A DNA stretch of 39,393 bases from Planctomycetota bacterium (GTDB lineage Bacteria > Planctomycetota > GCA-002687715 > DRQF01): assembly GCA_027001995.1 (NCBI GenBank), contig JALTLO010000151.1:1-39393 (forward strand). Reading direction: 5' to 3'. This document shows, piece by piece, positions 25,482 through 35,170 of the stretch (positions are counted from its first letter, which is position 1; each line of letters starts with the position of its first letter). Below the pieces are notes generated by a model. It ran no database searches. It had not been told where the DNA came from and worked only from the letters and a program-made list of their open reading frames with translations. A program made the position numbers and the translations under genes.

Positions 25482-28115
25482 TCAATACTTGGGCAGAAGC
25501 AAAACCGCGTTGAGGAAGAGACGTGTTAAACCATGCCAGGCACTGCGGAAGTTTGGATCCCCAGCAAAGTAAACGACACTGCCCCGGCCCATTCTCTCCA
25601 CTACCGCATAGGCCCGTCCTCTCAACTTACGTTCTGATTCAGACAAGATATACCCTGAGACCGGAGGCGCGTCTGCGAACCGTGCCACTGGCACCCCCCC
25701 ACCCAGTGTATTGAGACTCATCATACCACTTTGAAAAACGGAGATCTCATTGCGATAACCAAAGGACAAGGGATGGGCCGGGTCGAGCTTCACAGTAAAG
25801 ATAGAGCCTGGCGTCGACTGACGTCGCCGATGCCTTTCTTCCTCTTCAATCTTGGGGCGTACCTTCTTCTCGACCTTTGCAGTTGCATCCGCCTTAAAGG
25901 AAGCCCGGCCAAATCCATTTCCTTCTTTGGAAAATGCTCTGGCTGATCCTCTTAGAAGTACAAGCGCCCCCCCTTCTCGGACGAACGATTTGAGCTTTTC
26001 TGTCGCCGACTTTGAAAAGCCTCCGTAACCGTCCGGCACAACAACGGCGGTGTAGTCGTCCAAGTCAACCCGCGACAAAGCACTTGCCAAGAAACTGGAG
26101 TAAGGCAAGTCATAGAGTTGCTCCACCATGAATCGCGTGGCACCGTAGGAGTTGGATGAAATGCCACTTCCCATGATAAGGGCTAACTTCGGCTTGCGAA
26201 TGGCAGAAAAACGACTCGACCCCAAATCGATGCCCTTTTCCGTCATGCCCGTCGCAGTGGGAACGAAATCGGCGCCGGTCTCTGCGGCGATTTGAGCAAT
26301 GAGAGCATCAAAGCTCCCATGATCCTGTGGCCGAGGGATGAAAACCGTGCCCCGATCCCATTTGTGACCGTTGAGTGTAAAAGGTCTGCCCGCCGAGCGA
26401 ATCTCCAGCCCTTTCTTGGCCAAAGCGACTGCCGCTTTAATGCCAGTCATTTCCTGCCAAGACAATAAGTACCCGTAGCCGGCCTCCCCTTCCGCCACCG
26501 ACCCAACAATTTTAATCGGTCCGGCAACAACAGTGGTTTCCGCTTTTGTTGCTTGCTCGCACCAGAAAGCATCAACCCCGAAAGACAAAGGTAAAGACCA
26601 TGCGGAGATGTCATAGAAATACAATTCACGAATAGTTGTCTTGGGCTCGAGAAGTGTCTTGATCAAACGCTTTGTCGGTTGAGCCGTGGAAACCAGATAG
26701 CAACCGGCAGGGAATTGTCTTTCTTCCACTCGCTTGCCGTGGGCATCCCAGCAACCCCGAGCTTTGAACTTCTTGCTGGCTTGGCGCACTTCCACTCCTT
26801 GGGCTATCAACAATTCAGTCAAACGCGCCGCCCGTTCCCTGTCTCTACCGGGCAAAAGAATATACTCACGCACCCGACCTCCACGGCCTTCAATGATGGC
26901 AGAGTTGCGGAAATCGTAGTAGTGCTCCACTAAGTCATTTCGTTGATTTGCCGCCGTCGAAAGGGTCGAAAGTGCGGTCACATAGTGATGCTCCGTTCTT
27001 TCCTTCAGCGTAAGAACCTTACCATTGCGAAGTTTAACCGCAGCCCCCGAGCTTGAGTGCCCGGCTTGTTCGTAAGTCATGCCGATGGCACCCTGAAAGC
27101 TAGGCCAGGAATCACCGTATCCAGGATAAAAGAGATCAAAAGATTCGGCGGTATAGTAGCGCCAACCTCGCTGGTCAAAGGCAGCAGCATTACCGCGACC
27201 AAACTTCTCCCCCCAGGCGAGAATCGAAGGCGGTAGATTCGCGTTGATCGGACGTTCAGCAGGAAAGAAGAAGTATGAGCTATTCTGCCCCATCTCGTGG
27301 TAATCAACATGAACATGAGGGTTCCACTTGATGAATTGCCTAATCCGACTCTTGGTTTCAATTTGGCTCATGAAAGCCCAATCGCGATTGAGGTCAAAAT
27401 AGAAGTGATTTGTTCGCCCCCCAGGCCAGGGTTCATCGTGCTCAACGCTACGGGGATGGTCGTCAGGATTCTTCCCGACAACGGAATTGAACCAATTGAC
27501 AAAGCGATCTCGCCCGTCTGGATTGGAGCAAGGGTCAATGTGAATGAATACATTGTCCAGAATTTTCGTCACTTCTTCGTCGTCCGATGAAGCCAGGCGA
27601 TAGAGAGTTTTAAGAGCAGCTTCCGTACAAGAGGTCTCATTGCCATGAACACAAAAAGACAGCCAGACGTTCGCTGGTGTTTCCGCCAGCAAGGCTAGTT
27701 TCTGTTCTTCCGATTTGACCCGGCGAGGGTCTGCGAGTTCGGCGAATTGCTGGAGCAAAACATCCTTGTTGGCCATGTTCTCTGCTGAGCCCACGTGCAT
27801 CAGAACCAGCTCTCGGCCTTCAGCAGTGTGCCCATAAACTTCGTAAGTCACCCGATCGGAATGCGCCGCCAAATGCTCACAGTAACGGACAACTTTGGCG
27901 TGGGAGTTGTAGCGTTCTCCCAACTCAAAACCGAAGAACTCTTTCGGACTCTTCAGTTGTGAAGTGGCCGGTTCTTGCCCCATTTGCTGAGGAGCCAGAA
28001 GGCCATTGAAACAAAACCATAAGAGAATGGACTTAAAGAACAGGGCGGGAACAAAGTCGGCGTTGATTCGCATCATGATTGGGCTTTCCGTTTCAAAGGA
28101 GTCAGGCCGCGTCAT
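25482..28115 (-). CDS. M14-family zinc carboxypeptidase with C-terminal GATase-like fold
   Basis: 'VHGNE', 'NPDGRDR', 'DLNRDW', 'DYHEM' and 'GMTYEQAG'. The exact start is uncertain (28115 or a downstream Met). Confidence 0.9.
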   Translation of the reverse strand: MTRPDSFETESPIMMRINADFVPALFFKSILLWFCFNGLLAPQQMGQEPATSQLKSPKEFFGFELGERYNSHAKVVRYCEHLAAHSDRVTYEVYGHTAEGRELVLMHVGSAENMANKDVLLQQFAELADPRRVKSEEQKLALLAETPANVWLSFCVHGNETSCTEAALKTLYRLASSDDEEVTKILDNVFIHIDPCSNPDGRDRFVNWFNSVVGKNPDDHPRSVEHDEPWPGGRTNHFYFDLNRDWAFMSQIETKSRIRQFIKWNPHVHVDYHEMGQNSSYFFFPAERPINANLPPSILAWGEKFGRGNAAAFDQRGWRYYTAESFDLFYPGYGDSWPSFQGAIGMTYEQAGHSSSGAAVKLRNGKVLTLKERTEHHYVTALSTLSTAANQRNDLVEHYYDFRNSAIIEGRGGRVREYILLPGRDRERAARLTELLIAQGVEVRQASKKFKARGCWDAHGKRVEERQFPAGCYLVSTAQPTKRLIKTLLEPKTTIRELYFYDISAWSLPLSFGVDAFWCEQATKAETTVVAGPIKIVGSVAEGEAGYGYLLSWQEMTGIKAAVALAKKGLEIRSAGRPFTLNGHKWDRGTVFIPRPQDHGSFDALIAQIAAETGADFVPTATGMTEKGIDLGSSRFSAIRKPKLALIMGSGISSNSYGATRFMVEQLYDLPYSSFLASALSRVDLDDYTAVVVPDGYGGFSKSATEKLKSFVREGGALVLLRGSARAFSKEGNGFGRASFKADATAKVEKKVRPKIEEEERHRRRQSTPGSIFTVKLDPAHPLSFGYRNEISVFQSGMMSLNTLGGGVPVARFADAPPVSGYILSESERKLRGRAYAVVERMGRGSVVYFAGDPNFRSAWHGLTRLFLNAVLLLPKY

Positions 28116-28197
28116 TCACCAATGATGCGGACCACGCCCTTATGATAACGGACTTTCCCCCGATTGACTGCCCCCGAGAGAAGCCCAACGGTTTTGT

Positions 28198-28482
28198 CTA
28201 TCGAGCCCCACGGCGCCAAAACGCAACGCAAATGACCAACAACAGAAAGATAACACCCAATATCAGTTCGACTCGACGACGGGCCATCGGGTCTTTTTCC
28301 TGCTCCACGAAGTCATCTTCGGATAGATCAAATTCTCGAGCATCGGAGGCAGGGGCGCCAGGTCCGTCAATGACCTCTTCTTGATAGACGCTGCCGACAA
28401 AAGAATTCACTGGAACTGGAAAGGCAAAGGCTCGACCCGATGCCCAAAGCAAAATAAAGATAGTGCCAATACAGCGGATCAC
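28198..28482 (-). CDS. Small protein (94 aa): signal peptide, short acidic segment, C-terminal TM with basic tail
   Basis: GTG start overlaps the upstream stop (GTGA) with GAGGAGG upstream. 'MIRCIGTIFILLWASGRAFA' ... 'LILGVIFLLLVICVAFWRRGAR'. Confidence 0.72.
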   Translation of the reverse strand: MIRCIGTIFILLWASGRAFAFPVPVNSFVGSVYQEEVIDGPGAPASDAREFDLSEDDFVEQEKDPMARRRVELILGVIFLLLVICVAFWRRGAR

Positions 28483-30962
28483 TTGACCTCCTCAGGCCCC
28501 ACTTGTGGGTTTGCCGACCGCAATCGAGATTCTATTTGGGTAATGAGTTTCATCGAGCGTGAGAAAAGAGACTCGTCCCTCTCCATTGATCGACTGATTC
28601 TTTGAATACATTCATACAATGTGTCTCGCGCTTCTTGGAGCCGATTCAAACCGACCTGAGCCTGAGCGCGTCGGTAAAGAGCAATGATCAAGTTGTTGTC
28701 ACCCACGAAGGCGTTCTCACTTTCCTTCAAAGCTCGTTGAAACTCAGAACGCTTGAGCCAATTTTCGCAAAGCCGAAGATGCGCCTCACTGTGATTCGGA
28801 TTGACAGCAGAGAACTTAGCCCAAGCCTCAAAGGAACTTCTTGACTTAGGCTGGTGGCGCTCAAGAAAGTAAGCCTTCGTTTCCAGCACAGATTGATGGC
28901 CCGGTGCCAAATTTTCTGCTTGGGCTAGGAAAGACCCTGCGGTTGTGTGGTTTCCCAAGGCACTATGAATGCGCGTCAGAGACAGAAGCGCTTGGAGACG
29001 ATCTGGACCTAGAGGTGATAATCTCAGGGCCTTTTCAATGGCCGCTAAAGCACCATTACGATCCCCAATCATCTCATAGATTTCCCCAACTGCCACCAGG
29101 ATCTGAGGCTCTTCGGGCTGCAACTCCAAAGCTCGCTTGGCGGCAATCTTGGCCGCTCCTGGTCGCTGTGCCTCCAACCTAACTTTGGCGATTCCTAACC
29201 ATGCATTGGGCATGTTCGGCGCTCGCTTGAGAGTTGCAAAGTAACCAGCCTCGGCTTCATTGAGCAACCCAACTGAGCGATAAACTTGCGCCCGCATGAG
29301 CTGGTAGTCAGCTCTGGCCGGATTGCGCCTCACCGCTTGATCCGCCACTCTCAAGGCCACGATGGCAGGTCCTATCGATGACGACGACACGGACCCAGAG
29401 ACAAGCTGAGCGATAGACTCAGAGGACTTAAAGGCGGCGCGATAGTGAGCGGCGCTTAAGACCAAGGCGAAGAGAAACCCAATGGCCCATGCATGACCTG
29501 AAGGGGCGAATCTTGGGCCTGGGCCGATGGTTTTCTCCGAACCACCTTTGTTGAGTCTTAACCCCAAAGCGACCAAGGTCAAGAAAACCAAGCGCGTTCC
29601 GGTTTGCTGACTCGGGAAAGCGAAAGCAGCGGTGACGAGAAAAGCAACCACGGAGCAAATCATCGCCAAAGCGACATTGTCTTCGTCATCGACAGCCTTC
29701 AAGAAGGCGTTACGACGGCGGATAAAAGGAAGAAGAAAAGCAAGAAAGGCAATCAGCATCAAAAGAAAACCGACCACCCCGTTTTCTGCCAAGATATTGA
29801 GGTATTCATTGTGAGGCTGCCTGGGCTGACGCGCCAATGTCAGCCTGCCAGTTTCGTGCTTGCGATGAGCAAAGGCAAACGCCGGGTAAGCCACTTTGAA
29901 ATTTCCTGGGCCCACACCAAAGACAGCATTGGCTTGGGACATCGCAAGTGTGTTGTCCCACAAATCAAAACGCTCGCGAATGGTGGTATTCTCGAAATCC
30001 AAAGACGAGGCCAAACGTTCAGAGATCGAGACCTGTTCTTGTCCAGAACGGGGGCTCGTTGACAAACCAGATCCAAGGAAGAGAACGACACCCAAGCCAA
30101 CAGCCAAGCAAGCATGGCACAGGACATGAACCAGCTTCTTCCCTCCCAAGGGACGATGAAGCAGGTCATAAACGAAAATGTGGAACCAGGCGGCACCAAC
30201 ACCAATAGCGGCAGCCAAGGCCACAGACCGAGACGATGAGCGAATGAGGAAGAGGGCTAGAACCCCGGCCACGGCGAATCCGAAGCAGGAAACAAGAAAT
30301 TCCGGCCAGTTTCTACGGCGGAGGGACCTCCAGAATGTCCCCAGAGCCAAAGTAAAGGCCACAACAAAGCCAAGGACAACAAACTCCGCAGCGAAATTAG
30401 TGTGCCCAAAATAAGAGCCTGGAGCATCCGTCTGTTCCAATGGACCAAACGGGTTTCCCCAAGGGCATTGCTCCCCCATGGACCTCAACCAAGCCCAGGA
30501 ACCCGCGATTCCATGGGGAAAGGCCGAGGGGAACTTCTGCTCGAATTGGGCAAGGCCAAACAAAGAGGCCATAAACCCCGATGCGACAATAACTAAGAGG
30601 GCAATTCTTCGGGAATTCCGCGAATCAAGTAGATGAAATGCCAGCCACAGCCAAGCCAAAGACTCCAAAGTGATCAAGATGGCGTCAATGCCCTGGCTCG
30701 CTTCCAAAGAAAACGGCCAGATAGCCAATTGCCACAGCAGAAACCCCATCCCCCACAAGAAAACCGCCGGCAGAGAGGTTGCAAAATGCTCTTTGCCAAG
30801 CCCCCGAGATCGGCAAAAAGTCCAAATCGACACCAAAATCCAGACAAACATCGCGGATAAAGCGCGTTTTGGGAGCTCTGTTTGGTCGTGAATCCCCCGA
30901 AAATGGGCCAAGGGCACCAAGAAAATGGCCAAGAAGAAAATCGAATGCAAAAAACCTCTCAC
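28479..30962 (-). CDS. O-antigen ligase / O-oligosaccharyltransferase-family membrane protein with C-terminal TPRs
   Basis: 'S.FGH.NFAAE', 'SSSRS', Wzy_C region 'R..LW..TL.M.....FGVGPGNF...YP' and 'PHNEYL.ILAE.GVVG'. About 12 TMs, then TPRs ('A..ALELQPE'). Confidence 0.88.
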   Translation of the reverse strand: MRGFLHSIFFLAIFLVPLAHFRGIHDQTELPKRALSAMFVWILVSIWTFCRSRGLGKEHFATSLPAVFLWGMGFLLWQLAIWPFSLEASQGIDAILITLESLAWLWLAFHLLDSRNSRRIALLVIVASGFMASLFGLAQFEQKFPSAFPHGIAGSWAWLRSMGEQCPWGNPFGPLEQTDAPGSYFGHTNFAAEFVVLGFVVAFTLALGTFWRSLRRRNWPEFLVSCFGFAVAGVLALFLIRSSSRSVALAAAIGVGAAWFHIFVYDLLHRPLGGKKLVHVLCHACLAVGLGVVLFLGSGLSTSPRSGQEQVSISERLASSLDFENTTIRERFDLWDNTLAMSQANAVFGVGPGNFKVAYPAFAFAHRKHETGRLTLARQPRQPHNEYLNILAENGVVGFLLMLIAFLAFLLPFIRRRNAFLKAVDDEDNVALAMICSVVAFLVTAAFAFPSQQTGTRLVFLTLVALGLRLNKGGSEKTIGPGPRFAPSGHAWAIGFLFALVLSAAHYRAAFKSSESIAQLVSGSVSSSSIGPAIVALRVADQAVRRNPARADYQLMRAQVYRSVGLLNEAEAGYFATLKRAPNMPNAWLGIAKVRLEAQRPGAAKIAAKRALELQPEEPQILVAVGEIYEMIGDRNGALAAIEKALRLSPLGPDRLQALLSLTRIHSALGNHTTAGSFLAQAENLAPGHQSVLETKAYFLERHQPKSRSSFEAWAKFSAVNPNHSEAHLRLCENWLKRSEFQRALKESENAFVGDNNLIIALYRRAQAQVGLNRLQEARDTLYECIQRISRSMERDESLFSRSMKLITQIESRLRSANPQVGPEEVK

Positions 30963-31316
30963 TTCTTTTCCCCAATCTCAGGCGATTCTTGGACGTGGCC
31001 TTCGTTTTTCTAACACGATATCCCGGCAAACGTATTCTCACTACGTTGGATGCAAGTTCAAATGCTGGCGAGGCATTTGGCCCTCTTGCATATCTTCTGA
31101 GCCGTTATTTGTTTATCCATCACATGATTTTGTCGATAACTTAATAATGGTCCATAAGTTTCGGAGCGCAATCCGAGGCTCATTCCAGAAACAAGAGTGC
31201 AGTTTCTTGGTCAAAGTCCTCAAACCTTTCTATAGGTAGGTTAAGAAAGTCCCTTGATGAACCGAAAGTGGTTTCAAGAGTCCAACTTACTGCGAATAAG
31301 AAGGCAAAATCGTTCT

Positions 31317-31344
31317 TGGACATAGGGTTAGAGCGGTATATGAT
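31317..31344 (+). promoter_or_regulatory. sigma70-type promoter candidate for the Kelch lipoprotein gene
   Basis: TGGACA, 16-nt spacer, TATGAT. Confidence 0.4.
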
Positions 31345-31482
31345 CCCATTCGGGATCGGGTCGTTGTAAGCCGTTACATCGCGCCAAGTTCACGTTACGA
31401 GGGAAATTTGCAAATGACGGGCATTAAAAGCACGGAGAGCTGCACTCTTCGTCACAATGTACGTGCATCCGAAAAGGGGGCC

Positions 31483-33576
31483 ATGAGCTCCCGTGGGATT
31501 GCACTCGCACGATTGATGATGATTTCAGGGCTCTTGTTGAGCATTGCTGCATGTAGCGGCGGTGGCTTCAACCCTGGAAACGGAAACTCCGTGAACGCAG
31601 TCGTTCTCGGTGGAACAGGTGGGGCAGGTGGAGGCGGCGCTGGTGGTGATGCCATCATGAACGTCAACACCGGAACAAACGAAACCTACGTTCGTATCCG
31701 TTTTTCAGTGGCGGGAACCTCTGGGACTCCCATCACAATCGTTCCAAAATTCTACGAAGACCTAAACAGCGACGGCATGCAAGACACGAATGAGCCGTCC
31801 GTGGTCATGACTGAGGTACCAGCCTCAGCCATCGACAATGTTTTGATCTTCCCATCCACTGCTGGCATGCAGACAATTCCAGGAAGCGGCACCTATGACG
31901 GTGAGTTCTACTGGGATGCTGGAGCCGACCTAGGTTTTCTGGGTGCTAATTACGGTGTTGTCATTTGCGTGACCATCGATGGGCAAAATGATCCCGTCGC
32001 GCCAGCGGAAAGTACAGGCATGAGAAGCTTTGCCGCTGGTGCTGGTTCAAGCGCCAACACAGGCACCATTGGTGCTGGAGGCAATGCTGGAGGTCGGGCC
32101 GCCCATACCGCTCACTTGGTAAGTGGCTTGAATGCTGGTTCTTCAGCCACAGACATGGGAGCAGAAGTTCTCAGCGTGGGTGGTATGAGTTCCACAGGTC
32201 CTCTCCCAAATATCGACCGCTTCTCCGTTGATGTGGCCAACCAAACAAACATGGCAAGTGGTAATTTCCTTGCCACAGCGACGGCACGAGTCAAGCACGC
32301 TTCAGCGATGTTCCTGGCTACAACTGGTAGCGACACGAACGTGCGCGTCTTAGTGACCGGTGGCGAAGTTGGAGGCGCATCCGTCGCCACAGCCGAGGTT
32401 TACTCCTTCGGTCCGAGCGGCGCGGAGATGGTCACTGGCACCATGGCCAATATGACCGTCGCTCGTAGAGATCATGCAGCGTGCTGGTTGCCTGACAACC
32501 GCATCCTGATCACGGGTGGTATCGACGCTGCAGGTGCGACACTCGCCAGCTCTGAGATCTACGACCCCGCCACAGGAGCCTTCTCACTCATCACTGGGTC
32601 TGCATTGACCGCTCGTTCCGGTCACACCCATTGCTTGTTGCCTGACGGCACTGTATTGGTGGCTGGTGGAGTCAACGGCGCCGCATCAGCTGGCAACGCC
32701 TTCATCTTCGACCCAAGAACCAACGTCTTCACAGACACAGGCACATCCATCGATCGTGTTGGCCATACAGCCTCACTTCTGGTCAATGGTATTTGTGCCC
32801 TGAGTGGTGGTCAAACCGCTGCTGGTGCAACTTTGAGCACCGTTGATTTCTACCGTCCTTTCAGCGGTACAGACACCGCAACCGGTGGCACCTTTGCTGC
32901 TGGTTTCACAACACCCATGAAAGCCACTGGCGGCTTGGTGCAAATGGGCTCAGCCCGCACGTCCCATGCAACATCCCGCTTGGGTGATGGTCGCCTCTTG
33001 GTTTCTGGTGGTTTTGGTGCCGCTGGCTCAACCTTGAGTACGGCAGAAATCTTCGTCCCATCGAAGTTCACCGACAATGCCATTGGCTGCTTCACCTTGG
33101 CGAACCCAAGCATGGACCCAGCCTTTGACATGGTCAACGATCGTGCCCTCCATACCCAGACAACTCTCCAAGACGGTTCCGCTGCTCTTGTTGGTGGTGT
33201 TTCAGGTACTGCAGGTATGAACACGGTCTTGGATACCATCGAGGTCTTCCAATTCGCCAACACCCGCCCCGTTGTGAGCAACCTGACTCTCACCAGCAGC
33301 TCAGCCAGCAACGTCTTGATCAAGTTCGACTTGGCCGATGCAGAAAACGATTGTAGCTTCGTCATCGTTCGTTTCTCGGTCAATGGTGGTGCTTATGGGT
33401 TTGCAAACTTGGTTGATTACCAGGAAACAGTAAACCTGGCTCCAGGATCAGTCAGCATTCGATGGAATGCAGCCGTGGACGGTGTCTCCTCCGGAAACAT
33501 GGTCACCGTGGAAGTGATTCCAGTTGGTGGTTCTATGGGTGCCTTGGTGCGCTCTGCGGCCACAACGATCAACTAA
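31483..33576 (+). CDS. Kelch/galactose-oxidase-like beta-propeller lipoprotein flanked by Ig-like domains
   Basis: AAGGGGG upstream of ATG 31483; lipobox IAA-C followed by a Gly-rich linker. About seven 'R..H.A..L.DG.VLV.GG ... E.Y/F.P' repeats and a DLNSDG Ca-binding-like motif. Confidence 0.88.
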   Translation: MSSRGIALARLMMISGLLLSIAACSGGGFNPGNGNSVNAVVLGGTGGAGGGGAGGDAIMNVNTGTNETYVRIRFSVAGTSGTPITIVPKFYEDLNSDGMQDTNEPSVVMTEVPASAIDNVLIFPSTAGMQTIPGSGTYDGEFYWDAGADLGFLGANYGVVICVTIDGQNDPVAPAESTGMRSFAAGAGSSANTGTIGAGGNAGGRAAHTAHLVSGLNAGSSATDMGAEVLSVGGMSSTGPLPNIDRFSVDVANQTNMASGNFLATATARVKHASAMFLATTGSDTNVRVLVTGGEVGGASVATAEVYSFGPSGAEMVTGTMANMTVARRDHAACWLPDNRILITGGIDAAGATLASSEIYDPATGAFSLITGSALTARSGHTHCLLPDGTVLVAGGVNGAASAGNAFIFDPRTNVFTDTGTSIDRVGHTASLLVNGICALSGGQTAAGATLSTVDFYRPFSGTDTATGGTFAAGFTTPMKATGGLVQMGSARTSHATSRLGDGRLLVSGGFGAAGSTLSTAEIFVPSKFTDNAIGCFTLANPSMDPAFDMVNDRALHTQTTLQDGSAALVGGVSGTAGMNTVLDTIEVFQFANTRPVVSNLTLTSSSASNVLIKFDLADAENDCSFVIVRFSVNGGAYGFANLVDYQETVNLAPGSVSIRWNAAVDGVSSGNMVTVEVIPVGGSMGALVRSAATTIN

Positions 33577-33598
33577 CCGGCTCATCGATAACGTGAAC

Positions 33599-33635
33599 AA
33601 ACGCCTCAGCTCAAATCGAGCTGAGGCGTTTTTTT
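33599..33635 (+). terminator. Rho-independent terminator of the Kelch gene
   Basis: AAACGCCTCAGCTC-AAATC-GAGCTGAGGCGTTTTTTT. Confidence 0.9.
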
Positions 33636-33698
33636 CGTGGGAGTTCTCTTCTTGAGAGGGTCTCCCCTCCTCTGGAGAGAGAGAACACAAAGACCATG

Positions 33699-33736
33699 AA
33701 AAAAGGCATGTTAGGGGTTTCCTCCTTACATGCCTT
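33699..33736 (-). terminator. Rho-independent terminator of glyQS
   Basis: Minus strand AAGGCATGT-AAGGAGGAAACCCCTA-ACATGCC-TTTTTT, 40 nt after the stop at 33776. Confidence 0.7.
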
Positions 33737-33775
33737 ACACTCGACTTCTCAATCAAGCTAATTGTATGAAACGAT

Positions 33776-35110
33776 TCAGAACTTAAGGCGTTCATCCAAG
33801 TAAGCTTTGACTTGGTCCAAAGGAACGCGCTCTTGAGTCATCTTGTCGCGCTCACGGATGGTGACGGCTTGATCCGTTTTTGTGTCGAAGTCCACCGTGA
33901 TGCAGAATGGAGTTCCGATCTCATCTTGCCGACGATAGCGGCGACCAATGGCCCCACTTTGGTCGTAGAACACGTTGAAATACTCTCGGAGGTCGTCTTC
34001 CAACTGATGGGCGATCTCAGGAAGACCGTCTTTCTTCACCAAAGGAAAAATACCAGCCTTGATGGGTGCCAATGCTGGGTGGAGATGCAAAACAGTTCTG
34101 TTGTCGCCTTCGCCCAGTTCCTCCTCTTCATAGGCATCAACCAAGAACGTGAGCGTGGCACGGTCAACACCCAAAGCGGGTTCAATGACATGGGGGAAAT
34201 ACCGTTCCTTACTTTGATCATCAAAGAAACGCAGATCTCGCCCGGTAGCTTCCGCATGACGCTGGAGGTCAAAATCAGTGCGGTTTGCGATGCCTTCTAA
34301 CTCTTTCCAGCCAAAGGGGAATTCGTACTCAACATCGGCGCAGCACTTGGAATAATGAGCAAGTTCGTCAGAATCGTGTTCCCGGAGCCGGAGCTTTTCT
34401 GGTTTCACCCCCAAATCCGTGAACCATTTGTAGCGCGCGTCCCGCCAAAAGACATACCATTCATCTGCTTCTGCCGGTGGCACGAAGAATTCCATCTCCA
34501 TTTGCTCAAACTCCCGGCTGCGGAAAATGAAATTCTCGGTGACGATCTCGTTGCGGAATGACTTGCCTTGTTGGGCGATCCCGAACGGTGGTTTCATCCG
34601 CGATGTATCCACGACGTTCTTGAAATTGACAAAAATGCCCTGAGCCGTCTCCGGCCGCAAATAGACCACAGAATCATCATTCTCAACCGGTCCCATATTT
34701 GTCTTGAACATGAGATTGAACTGACGAGGTTCGGTGAGCTCACCTTCACAATCTCCAGGACGCTTGGAAGGCTTCTTCGGGCAAACTTGGTTTTCGATGG
34801 TATCTGCCCGAAAACGTGCCTTGCAGAGTTTGCAATCGACCATGGGGTCATTAAATCCCGCCAGATGGCCGCTGGTCTCCCACACCTTGGGGTGCATGAA
34901 GATACTGCAGTCGATGCCAACCACGTCTCTTCGTCGGCGCACCATGGCATGCCACCACGCCTCCTTGACATTGCGCTTCAGCTCAACCCCCAGGGGCCCA
35001 TAATCCCAGCAGGACTTTAGCCCACCGTAGATTTCGCTGCTCGGGAAGATAAACCCTCGGCGTTTGCACAAGGAAACAAGCTTTTCCATGGTGTCGGTTG
35101 TCTTCGACAT
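33776..35110 (-). CDS. glyQS: Glycine--tRNA ligase, alpha2 (eukaryote/archaea-like) type
   Basis: 'KRRGFIFPSSEIYGG', 'YLRPETAQGIF', 'GKSFRNEI', 'ELEGIANRTDFDL', 'IGRRYRRQDEIGTPFC.TVD'. Start at 35110, or at the in-frame ATG 35164. Confidence 0.97.
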   Translation of the reverse strand: MSKTTDTMEKLVSLCKRRGFIFPSSEIYGGLKSCWDYGPLGVELKRNVKEAWWHAMVRRRRDVVGIDCSIFMHPKVWETSGHLAGFNDPMVDCKLCKARFRADTIENQVCPKKPSKRPGDCEGELTEPRQFNLMFKTNMGPVENDDSVVYLRPETAQGIFVNFKNVVDTSRMKPPFGIAQQGKSFRNEIVTENFIFRSREFEQMEMEFFVPPAEADEWYVFWRDARYKWFTDLGVKPEKLRLREHDSDELAHYSKCCADVEYEFPFGWKELEGIANRTDFDLQRHAEATGRDLRFFDDQSKERYFPHVIEPALGVDRATLTFLVDAYEEEELGEGDNRTVLHLHPALAPIKAGIFPLVKKDGLPEIAHQLEDDLREYFNVFYDQSGAIGRRYRRQDEIGTPFCITVDFDTKTDQAVTIRERDKMTQERVPLDQVKAYLDERLKF

Positions 35111-35170
35111 AAAACGATAGTTCCGGCTAAATAGAGTCACATACGCATCAAGGATACGCGTCATAGGGGG

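Noticed and set aside
28198..28290. PEP-CTERM, LPXTG or GlyGly-CTERM signal in the microprotein
   Set aside because: None of these motifs precedes the TM (the sequence is KDPMARRRVE). Only the generic TM plus basic tail is present.
31137..31165. dif-like site
   Set aside because: Only the inner ATAA matches; the XerD arm TTATGTTAAAT is not matched.
31252..31279. Hammerhead- or riboswitch-like hairpin CTTGATGAACCGAAAGTGGTTTCAAG
   Set aside because: No CUGAUGA core, no GAAA after stem II and no third stem. It is just a short hairpin overlapping a dyad motif.
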